A stretch of 64,000 bases of DNA from Terriglobia bacterium (lineage in GTDB: Bacteria; Acidobacteriota; Terriglobia; 2-12-FULL-54-10): NCBI GenBank assembly GCA_963666975.2, contig CAXVYR010000004.1:1088001-1152000 (forward strand). Direction: 5' to 3'. The position numbers were made by a program, and so were the translations under genes. Of this stretch, positions 27,956-36,673 are shown piece by piece (positions within the stretch are counted from its first letter, which is position 1; every line of letters begins with the position of its first letter). A model generated the notes under the pieces. That model searched no databases. It was not told the DNA's origin and was given only the letters and a program-made list of their open reading frames with translations.

Positions 27956-27990
27956 GCGCCAACTAGTTTGGAGCGCCACGGCTGGGGTTC

Positions 27991-28917
27991 TTAGCAGGAC
28001 TTATGCTTCCTTCCGGCGCTGGAGCCGCGAGGCAGGCGGTAGTGCAGCCCCATGGCGGGCGGACCGTCGCATTCGACCTGTCCCAAGCTGACAAGCTCGA
28101 TCAGGTGAGCCTCCACAGAAAGGGCCGCCGCCCCGCGCAATCCCGCCGAAAGGCCGATATAGACGGCCTCTACGATCTCCGGGATAGTCGCATCTGCTTT
28201 GCCGAGCCGCTGCAAGATCGCCGCGGTTCGTTCCCGCCGGTGTTCGATGAAGGCGCGGACGTGCTGCTTGGGGTCGGGAATGGCCGGGCCATGGGTCGGC
28301 ATATAAATTGCTTCGTCCCGGTCGAGCAGCTTTTCCAGCGAGCGCATATAGTTGCCCATCTCCCCGTCCGGCGGGATAATCACGCTGGTCGACCATCCCA
28401 TCACATGGTCGCCGGAGAACAGCACATGCTCCCCGGGAAATGCAAAACAGAGATGGTCGGAGGTATGGCCGGGGGTGTGCACTGCCTCGATCTGCCAGCC
28501 GTGTCCGTCCAGCACGTCGCCGTCGCGCATGGATTGGTCGTGGAGGGAGCCGTAACCTGCGACTCGCCCGCCGGAGGTGGCGGGCATGTTTCGGTCGGGC
28601 CCGAAGCCATAGGTCCTCGCCCCGGTCGCCTGTTGGATCGACTCGGCTGCCGGCCAATGGTCCGGATGGGTGTGGGTGATCAGAATGTGCTCGATGGTCT
28701 CGCCGCGCAGTGCATGAAGAATCGCCTCAATGTGGCTGGAAAGCGCCGGTCCCGGGTCGATGAGAGACACTCGCCCATGGCCGATGACGTAAGTCCCTGT
28801 GCCGGGACCTGTGAAGGACCCCGGATTCCGGGCGACGATCCGCCGGATGAGAGGCGAAACGGTTTCGAGAACGCCGTATTCGAAATCGAAATCGCGGTAG
28901 AAGCGGATGTTGGTCAT
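27991..28917 (-). CDS. MBL-fold metallo-hydrolase (LACTB2-like, C-terminal winged helix)
   Basis: NPGSFTGPGT, THTHPDH, HTPGHTSDH, FSGDHVMGWST and PTHGP. Confidence 0.92.
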   Translation of the reverse strand: MTNIRFYRDFDFEYGVLETVSPLIRRIVARNPGSFTGPGTGTYVIGHGRVSLIDPGPALSSHIEAILHALRGETIEHILITHTHPDHWPAAESIQQATGARTYGFGPDRNMPATSGGRVAGYGSLHDQSMRDGDVLDGHGWQIEAVHTPGHTSDHLCFAFPGEHVLFSGDHVMGWSTSVIIPPDGEMGNYMRSLEKLLDRDEAIYMPTHGPAIPDPKQHVRAFIEHRRERTAAILQRLGKADATIPEIVEAVYIGLSAGLRGAAALSVEAHLIELVSLGQVECDGPPAMGLHYRLPRGSSAGRKHKSC

Positions 28918-29253
28918 AGCCGGAAACTTTACGTCTGCCGAAAATAGACCGGCAGGCCGGGCCGTTGTTTGCAACTGGCAGAGTCTACACCACAGTCATT
29001 ACTCCGGGAAACCGCCATGCCGGCGCCCTTCGCCGCCTGGAAATATTGGGTAGAGATTACATGAGGGACGAGGACAAATCAATTGTGCGAGGAGACGGGC
29101 CGGCACCCCTTTCGCTGAAGTTTTTCCATTTTCACAGTCAGGGGCTATGAGGTAGACTTTCATTCCGAGTGGCACAGAAAACCCCGGTCAGATCATCCCA
29201 TAGTTGGCCCATAGTTGGCGGAAGCAACAATCCAAAGCAGAGAGGGAAACATT

Positions 29254-31113
29254 ATGAATCCCAGCGAGAAAAAGCAAAAAAGGATCAGCCGCCGGGACTT
29301 CGTCCGAGGGGCGGGCGTGGGCGCGGCGGCGATAGCCGGCGCAGGCGCTTTACCCGCTGTCGCTGTCCAGGCAGAAGCGCAGGAGCGCGCTTCCTCTGCG
29401 ATTCCAGCGGAATGGGACCTGGAGGCAGACGTTGTCATTCTCGGCTCCGGGGCCACGGGAATGCCCGCCGCTATTCGGGCGGCAGACCAAGGCGTCTCCG
29501 TTCTCGTCGTCGAAGCCAATTACGACATCGGAGGACACGGGTTGCTCAATGGAGGGCAAGTCCCTCTGGGTGGCGGGACGAGTGCTCAGAAGAAATATGA
29601 GATCAAGGATTCGCCCGACATCTTATTCAAGGATCTCACCGACTGGTCGGTAGTGGAAACCAACGGCATGCCGGAATACAGGTACAACGACCGAGGCGTC
29701 CAGCGGGCCCTGGCCGACAACGAGGCTCCGACCTTTGAATTTTTGCTGGAAAATGGGGTGGTATTCGCGGACAGAGCCCCGGGCGTAGCAGGCGGCCACG
29801 CCATTGGCATCTCCGCACCGAGAGAAAATTACGCCATCTGGAGAAAAGGACAGAGCCTCGAGAGTCCCAGGGGCGGAGGCGGAACCAGCATCTATCGTCC
29901 ACTAGAGGCCAGCGCCAGGAAGAAAGGCGTCCAGTTCCTGCTGAACTACCACATGGACGTCATTTTCCGCGAGACTTCCACATCGGGGAGGGTTGTTGGC
30001 ATCCAGGCAAGCTACACGCCCACAATCCTGCCGGGAACCAGCACTCCTCTCCAGGGCTTCCGTTCCGATGGCAACATCGAAATGGACACCCAAACCATCA
30101 CCGTCAAGGCGAAGAAGGCTGTCATCATCGCCACAGGCGGGAGCACGGGCAACGTCAACTTCCGCAGGATGTTTGATCCAAGAATGACCGAGGAGTTCCA
30201 ACTTTCCGGCGACCCCTACTCCCACCAGGACGCCAGCGGAGAGCTGGCCGCTATGGCTATTGGATCATCGCTCTGGGGCACGGCAAACCAGACGTTTGAA
30301 AGAAACGGCTTCTTCCGGAAGCGTCCCCGGATTGGAGCGCAGTATCTCTACATTGTGTGGACCCCCCAAAGCCCCGTATTCCCTCTGGCCCGCGCCACCG
30401 GCCTGGGCGTTCGCAATTGGCAGGATTTGATTTTGGTGAACCAAGTGGGCCAGCGATTCTACGATGAGACGGCAGGGAACTGGCCTTACGGGACTCATCA
30501 TGGGTTCCTGGACCCGTATGTCCAAGGGGATTGGCGCAATCCCAAACGAATCGAATACAATCCACAGAACTACCTCGACGCCGCAGTGGCTATGAACGAG
30601 GGTTCGGTTCCTCCAGACTATGGCGCCGGGCCAACCTGGGCCATCTTTGACGCCGAGGCGGTGAAGCGGGAAAGATGGAAAGTCGAGCCGCCTGCCATTG
30701 ATCCTCTCTACTTTTTCAGCGCTGACACGCTGGCGGAGCTGACGAAGAAGCTGAAGAAAAATCCGTATCAGAAAACCGAGATGCCTGCGAAAAACCTGGA
30801 AGCGACCGTGGCCAGATACAACTCCATTGTGGATTTCGGCTACGACCCTGATTTTGAGAAGCCCAAACCCCTATACAAAATCCAGACGCCGCCGTTCTAC
30901 GCTGCCTGGGCCACGCCCGTGGTGCACGACACCTATGCGGGACTCCGGATCAACATGAAGTGCCAGGTGATGGACACGAAAGGCGAGGTCATACAGGGCC
31001 TCTACTGCGGAGGAGAGTCGGCCGGCGGATGCAGCCAGCATGGCCAGGGCCGATGCACCACCCAGGGCTACATCGCCGGCAAGGAAGCCGCCTTCGAGCC
31101 CAGTTGGGACTAG
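29254..31113 (+). CDS. Tat-exported FAD-dependent oxidoreductase (FAD_binding_2; flavocytochrome c/KstD-like)
   Basis: SRRDFVRG Tat motif, DVVILGSGATG, IIATGG and HDTYAGL..GLYCGGE. Confidence 0.88.
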   Translation: MNPSEKKQKRISRRDFVRGAGVGAAAIAGAGALPAVAVQAEAQERASSAIPAEWDLEADVVILGSGATGMPAAIRAADQGVSVLVVEANYDIGGHGLLNGGQVPLGGGTSAQKKYEIKDSPDILFKDLTDWSVVETNGMPEYRYNDRGVQRALADNEAPTFEFLLENGVVFADRAPGVAGGHAIGISAPRENYAIWRKGQSLESPRGGGGTSIYRPLEASARKKGVQFLLNYHMDVIFRETSTSGRVVGIQASYTPTILPGTSTPLQGFRSDGNIEMDTQTITVKAKKAVIIATGGSTGNVNFRRMFDPRMTEEFQLSGDPYSHQDASGELAAMAIGSSLWGTANQTFERNGFFRKRPRIGAQYLYIVWTPQSPVFPLARATGLGVRNWQDLILVNQVGQRFYDETAGNWPYGTHHGFLDPYVQGDWRNPKRIEYNPQNYLDAAVAMNEGSVPPDYGAGPTWAIFDAEAVKRERWKVEPPAIDPLYFFSADTLAELTKKLKKNPYQKTEMPAKNLEATVARYNSIVDFGYDPDFEKPKPLYKIQTPPFYAAWATPVVHDTYAGLRINMKCQVMDTKGEVIQGLYCGGESAGGCSQHGQGRCTTQGYIAGKEAAFEPSWD

Positions 31114-31298
31114 GGCTGTTTCAGAGTTGGTGTAGAGTGCTTCGCAGCCCTGCAAGGGCGGTAGAATCTAGCCCAGGGCGTAAGCCCTGGGACAACGGGG
31201 ACCGGTATTACCCCAAGCCCTAGAGGGGCGCAAGACGTTCCGGCCCTCGTCTTTCGCCCCCTTCGGCAAGCTCAGGGCAGGCTCTCAGAATGACCCTA
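31111..31298. mobile_element. MITE-like REP element; its end supplies the TAG stop of the FAD gene
   Basis: Termini TAGGGCTGTTTCAGAG / CTCAGAATGACCCTA. The body matches 25421-25568. Confidence 0.72.
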
Positions 31299-31317
31299 CA
31301 CATAAAGGCTGGAAGGG

Positions 31318-33570
31318 TCACAGGCCCAGAAAACGTTCCAGCTTTTCCACGTTTTGTTCGGCTAGGTCGAGGTTTCTTTTGGCGGTGGCGGCATCTCCTG
31401 CTGCCAGAGAAGCGTCGGCTTCCCCCATCAGATATTCCACGCTTTGCTTGGCAGCGGCCATGTCCCCTCGCAGCGAGAGACCGGCCTGACGTTGCTGGTT
31501 TTCCAGGGTCGCAACGCTGCCGCGAACGGCGCTCGCCCGTGCCGCAAGAAAGAGCATCCTTTCCCGTAGTTCCTGAAGCAATGCCCGATCGACTGAGCTA
31601 GGCGATGCTTGTGCTGGAGCGGTTGCTGCCGCGGTTGCAGGCGGCTGCTGGACCGGCTGTGATTCCGTCCTGTTCTGTGGAGGAACTACCGCCGCTGGCG
31701 GGGAGGGCTGGCGCGGAGCTTCTGGAGCCGACGCTTGTGGCGCCACATCCACCGGGAACTGCTGAGGAAAGGCAGCGGAGGTTGCTGGCGTGGGCGTGGA
31801 ACCAGACGGCGGGGCCGGGGCAGTTGTGCCGGTGAGTGGGGGTGGCGGAGGGGGAGAAGAAGGTTCTGCGGGAGTCACCGCCGCCGGAATCGCTGGAGTT
31901 CGACTTTCAGGGCCCGTGTCCCTTCGGGCGAATTGAAGAACCCCCAAAACGACGATTGCGACTGCTACGAGGCCTCCCCCCAACCAGTACAGTTTGCGGC
32001 TGGAGGCCGCAGCCGGAACCAGATATGCGACCGGTGGCTGCGGTGTGGCCGAAATCACCGGCAATTTCTGGCTGATTTTTTGCGGGAGGTTCGGATTGCC
32101 GACCGCACCCGTACAAAAATTCACCAGCTGAACCATCACGCCGTGCTTGACTTCGTGTTCTCCAAAGTCGTGAAGATGACCCGACCAATCGCTGAGCTGG
32201 CTGAGGATATCCGCAACGGTCTTGGAAACCAGAATATGCCCTGCATCTCCGCAATCCATCACCCGCTGCGCCAGATTGATCCCGCCGCCGGCAACGTTCC
32301 AATTGGCGTTAATATCGGCGATGCGGTAGACGGGACCGGTATGTACACCCATGCGTAGCTTCAATTCCGGATAACTCTGCAGAGCGCGAGAGATCTCTGT
32401 GGCGCATTGCACCGGAGCAACCGGATTCTGGAAAAACACCAGAGCCATGCCGTCGCCGGTGGGTAAGGATATCAGTTGGCCGCTTTGCTGGGCGCGTTGA
32501 AACTCTTCTGTGTTCCGCACAATCTCCTGGAGTTGCTGAATCCGCTGGCTTTGGCGATCCATATGCAGCGTCGAGTAGCTGACCAAGTCCATAAACAGCA
32601 CGAAAGCCATTTCCATGTTGGCCGCAGTGCTTGGCGCGGGAGCAACCGAACCGGGCGTCGTGGGCCGGGACAAGACTTCTGGCACTGGTTTGGGAGCAGG
32701 AACGCTTGAAACCGCCAGAGTTTTCGCAACCGTTTGCTCCTCTGCGAAACCGGGAACACCCTGGATCGCTGTAAGAAACTCATCGGCCGATTGGAAACGC
32801 TCCGAGGGTTCCTTCGCCAGCGCCTTCAGAATGATCCGGTTCAACTCGGAAGGGATGCCGGGGTTCAGATCCACCGGAGGAACAGGCGCTTGGCTGAGAT
32901 GCGCCGACATGATGATGTAATCAGTTTCACCCTGGAAGGGGCGCTGCCCTGCGACGGCTTCGTAGAAAGTCACACCCAAGGAATACAGGTCCGACCGGGT
33001 GTCGAAGTCGGTATCTCCCTTTACCTGTTCGGGAGACATGTAATAGAGCGAGCCCATCGTGGCACCCGTCGCGGTGAGCTTCCGATCATGGAGCAGCTTG
33101 GCAATTCCGAAGTCAGTCAGTTTAATCATCCCCTTGTGGGTCACCATGATGTTGGCTGGTTTGATGTCACGATGGATCACCCCACGGCCGTGCGCATAAG
33201 AGAGGGCCGCCAGGACTTGAACCATATAGGAGATGGCCTCTTGCAACGGGAGAGGCCGACCCTCGAGCAGGGCTTGCAAGGCAGTCCCGTCCACCAACTC
33301 CATGACCATCACCATCTGGTCTCCATGACGCAGGGCCGTTCGCAGGGCGGCGATATTGGGGTGCTCCAGGCTGGCCTGCAATCGGATTTCTCGGAGGAAG
33401 CGTTCGGCCTGCTCCGGCGCCTCCGGCAAATTCGTCAACAAGACCTTCATCGCTTCAAGACGGTCTGAGAGGATATTGCGGACCTTGTAAACCCGCCCCA
33501 TGCCCCCGGCACCGAGCACGCTCACAATTTCGTAATCGCCAACTGTGTCTCCAAGTTTGAAGTCCATCAT
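31318..33570 (-). CDS. Ser/Thr protein kinase - class III nucleotide cyclase - TM - Pro-rich extracytoplasmic fusion
   Basis: Kinase motifs GAGGMG, AMK, HRDIKPAN, DFG and SPE. Cyclase motifs FMDLVSYS, TGDG, RMGVHTG and GINLAQR. TM segment LYWLGGGLVAVAIVVLGVL. Confidence 0.92.
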   Translation of the reverse strand: MMDFKLGDTVGDYEIVSVLGAGGMGRVYKVRNILSDRLEAMKVLLTNLPEAPEQAERFLREIRLQASLEHPNIAALRTALRHGDQMVMVMELVDGTALQALLEGRPLPLQEAISYMVQVLAALSYAHGRGVIHRDIKPANIMVTHKGMIKLTDFGIAKLLHDRKLTATGATMGSLYYMSPEQVKGDTDFDTRSDLYSLGVTFYEAVAGQRPFQGETDYIIMSAHLSQAPVPPVDLNPGIPSELNRIILKALAKEPSERFQSADEFLTAIQGVPGFAEEQTVAKTLAVSSVPAPKPVPEVLSRPTTPGSVAPAPSTAANMEMAFVLFMDLVSYSTLHMDRQSQRIQQLQEIVRNTEEFQRAQQSGQLISLPTGDGMALVFFQNPVAPVQCATEISRALQSYPELKLRMGVHTGPVYRIADINANWNVAGGGINLAQRVMDCGDAGHILVSKTVADILSQLSDWSGHLHDFGEHEVKHGVMVQLVNFCTGAVGNPNLPQKISQKLPVISATPQPPVAYLVPAAASSRKLYWLGGGLVAVAIVVLGVLQFARRDTGPESRTPAIPAAVTPAEPSSPPPPPPLTGTTAPAPPSGSTPTPATSAAFPQQFPVDVAPQASAPEAPRQPSPPAAVVPPQNRTESQPVQQPPATAAATAPAQASPSSVDRALLQELRERMLFLAARASAVRGSVATLENQQRQAGLSLRGDMAAAKQSVEYLMGEADASLAAGDAATAKRNLDLAEQNVEKLERFLGL

Positions 33571-33700
33571 CGCGTCTCAACAGGCTCGTAAGCGATCTTG
33601 GTTTCTATGATGCGAGATGTTATTCACTGCGACCGGTCGATCTCCTGCGCCTGAACCGCCAGGGAAGCACCAGGTCCAGGGCGGTGTTCTCCGCGGCCTT

Positions 33701-34694
33701 CTACTGTGCATTCGTTACCGTGTCCCCAACCTGGGCCGGAGAGCTGCCGGTAAATGTCCCGACGGAGGATACTTCATCTACCTCCGTGATCACCACTTCC
33801 CCCATCGTGTCTTCGATTCTTCGCAGGACTCGGCCCGTGGCCGGATCCTTTACTTCCCGCACCGCCCGGCGAATCTCCAGACGGTCCCCCACTTTCACAC
33901 CGGTGTTCGTGCCCACGTTCAAGATCAGCGTGCCTTCAGTCGCGTCGGCAACTAGCCCCTCAATTTTCAGCTCTTTGGCGGGTACGCGTTCCGCATTCTG
34001 ATCTAGTTCCCGACTGAGCGAGCCAACGGCCTCGTGCACGGCTTCGCCCAAAATGGTCTGGGCAAAGTTCGAACTGCTCATGTCGTATGCAGCATTTCCC
34101 GACGCACTGCTGCTGCCGCCTGCACCGAGCAATGAGGTTCCTGAACGGTTGGATTCTCCCTTTCCGCTGGCGACGGTAAGGATCTCCGCCGTCTCCGTGC
34201 TGACCAGCCTTGCACTAATGCCCACGACTGCCTTGCTCTCTCGCTTGGAGACCCCTCCAATGCCAAAACGCCCAGTAATTCCCCCAAGCATTCCGCCACC
34301 CACGCTGGTGGCTTTATCATCTCTGCCAAACTGCGTGATGCTTCCAATGGATGATGGCGTCCACTCCCAATATGCGCCCCAACTGGGCCGCCGTGGTGGA
34401 GTCCGCCCGGTCACTGTTCGAGAAATTTTGTTCCGCCAGAACTTTCTCCAGTGCTGCCCGTTCGATGACCGAGTACACGCCGCTTTTGACCAGGTTATTG
34501 ACCACCAAGTCGCTGATCCCCTTCCCAACATCCACGTTTGTTCCAAACACCCCAGAGACGGAATCCTGGACGGTTGCATAGTCAAAGTCCAAAACCGCGA
34601 CTCGTTTCTTCTCCTGGGCAGCGCAAACTGAGACGACAAAAACCGAGAGAAAAACCAATCCGACCCATCGATCCATACTGTCCTCCTTCATCAC
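33701..34694 (-). pseudogene. CsgG/FlgT-like exported protein, 1-nt frameshift near 34349
   Basis: RVAVLDFDY...VIERAALEKVLAEQ...GRILGVDAII then, in another frame, IGSITQFG...ARLVSTETAEIL and a FlgT-C-like LNVG..GVKVGD. Length is 994 nt (3n+1). Confidence 0.8.
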
Positions 34695-34800
34695 CGGTTA
34701 GGATTAGCGTTCTTTCTTGTGAACTGAAACAAATTATACACCACTCCTTCCGTTCAACCGGGCCGGTCTAATTCTTGAGACGGATTCCGAAACCCGTCAA

Positions 34801-35148
34801 CTGAAATTAGTTTTCGGTCTCCTGGCGATTAGAAGATTACACTCGTTTGTCTCCAACCGAGCTCATCCAGAGCGGCTTTCTTTCCCTGGATCTCCAAGCG
34901 GTCCCCAACAACCCATCCATGGGTCCTGAAAACCAGTCTCCGGGGCTTCCAGCACCAACTGTTGCACTCGCGATCCTTGAAGCCCGACTCGCAGAAACCT
35001 GTTGAACGACATCTGAAATTCCTGTTTTTGGCTCTCACTCATTGGGTTTACAACCCCGGAAGGCAATGTTGATGTTTGAACCCGCATGAATATTGACGTT
35101 GGAGTCATTCAGAAGATTGCAGTTAAAAGTTCATAAAGGAAATCCGTG
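34801..35148 (-). mobile_element. Internally deleted IS1380 derivative (MITE 1)
   Basis: The left part matches 51870-51970 and 36376-36500. The right end reads AAACTAATTTCAG. Confidence 0.8.
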
Positions 35149-35341
35149 CTAAGGTCGAGGTGCAAGGGTTGGCCGCGATTGGTATGCGGACGGTAGCGGG
35201 TCAGGCGCTCATCTCGTGGCGCAATGAACTGCTGGCCCCGTGGAGCCAGAGGAAGAACCGGAGCGCATAAACGAAGTTTCCACCTTTGGGGGAGCCGGAC
35301 CGCGACTGCAACTTCCGCCTTCACTGCGGTAAGATTACGCC

Positions 35342-35995
35342 ATGGAAGAATTTCCACACTACCGCGTCCGGGAGACTCTGCTGTCGCGAAAACCGCGGGA
35401 GTACAGCATGGAAGTGGCGGCACTTTCCGTCTTGACGATCCTGGGGATTTCCCTGCTGGCCTGGCAGAACGGAGCTGCCCTCCTGCCGACTCTTGCCGCC
35501 ACTTCACAAGGGGCTCTGAAGGAACAGGAGTACTGGCGACTGCTGACGGCCGTAGCGGTGCATACGGACATTGTGCATTTTTTCTCGAATGCCCTCTTTC
35601 TCGCCTTCTTTCCCTATCTGCTCTTTGGCTACTTCGGTTTCTGGGTCTTCCCGGTTCTGGGTCTGGCCCTGGCCGGTTTGACCAACTACCTTTCGCTACT
35701 GACTTATCCTCCTGAGGTCAGCCTCGTGGGGGCGTCAGGATTGGTCTACTGGATGGCGGGTTTCTGGCTGAGCATGTACCTGCTGGTGGACCGCAGCTTG
35801 GCTCTTGGAAAGCGGATCATGCGGGCTGTAGTCATCGCCCTGTTGGTCCTGTTTCCGACGACGCTTCAGGAAAACGTCGGCTACCGTGTCCACGCCATCG
35901 GTTTCGGACTGGGGGTTGCCTCGGCCTTCGTCTATTTCCAGCGCAATCGCGCGTTCATCCGGGCGACAGAGGTGGTGGAGATGGAAGACCTGTGA
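35342..35995 (+). CDS. Rhomboid intramembrane serine protease
   Basis: YWRLLT, H..HF..N, GASG (catalytic Ser) and HAIGF (catalytic His). Confidence 0.9.
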   Translation: MEEFPHYRVRETLLSRKPREYSMEVAALSVLTILGISLLAWQNGAALLPTLAATSQGALKEQEYWRLLTAVAVHTDIVHFFSNALFLAFFPYLLFGYFGFWVFPVLGLALAGLTNYLSLLTYPPEVSLVGASGLVYWMAGFWLSMYLLVDRSLALGKRIMRAVVIALLVLFPTTLQENVGYRVHAIGFGLGVASAFVYFQRNRAFIRATEVVEMEDL

Positions 35996-36375
35996 GACCG
36001 GATTTCAGCGATTTTGATGTGTGGGAGACTAGGCAGTAAGGGAAAGTGCAGCACAAGAGGCCGCTAGTGCCGGATGATGGCGGTCGAGCCGGAAGAAGAC
36101 TGCCGGGATTGAGCCGGGACTGACCTGCGGAACTGCCAAGCCGGGATGGAGCAGCGGCCCTTAACCCCAAAAGCTGAAAACCCGGACGCCGATCCTCACC
36201 CCTGCCGGGGGGCGGTTTGTCCACCGCCGGACAAAAGTGGCGGGTTTGAAATTTAGGGGTTTCCTCGAACGACGTATCGGGACCGCAGACGACTAAGGCG
36301 GCAGGCCGCACCATAGTTTCCGAGTGGGCGACCATACGCCCGGAATGGTCTGTTGACGGCGTACTCGGGCTCTAT

Positions 36376-36603
36376 CCCGGATTTCCTTTATGAACTTTCG
36401 TAGGCAACCTTCTGCTAACCTCCAACGTCAATATTGATGGGAGTTCGAGCGTCAACATTGCCTTCCGGAGGTGTAAACCCAGTGGGTGAGAGCCAAATAC
36501 AGCCACTCGGAGTCCCCGGAGAGCAAGACTGCGCTGGAAGGGCTCAGTTGAAGGCCAACGGGTGTATACTCACGAGACGGAAGGGCCAACAAACTAATTC
36601 CGA
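36376..36603 (+). mobile_element. Internally deleted IS1380 derivative (MITE 2)
   Basis: Left end CCCGGATTTCC; AACCTTCTGCTAACCTCCAACGTCAATATTGATG is identical to 51876-51909; right end AAACTAATTCCG. Confidence 0.85.
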
Positions 36604-36673
36604 TTAAATCCGCGAAGTGGTTGAATCGTGCGAGAATCTGGGAGATTCCGGAATTTCCTAATATTGTATTCCT

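Noticed and set aside
34340-34360. Programmed frameshift in the csgG-like gene (also 17470 and the IS1380 breaks)
   Set aside because: No slippery heptamer or long homopolymer. Mutation or sequencing indel is more parsimonious.
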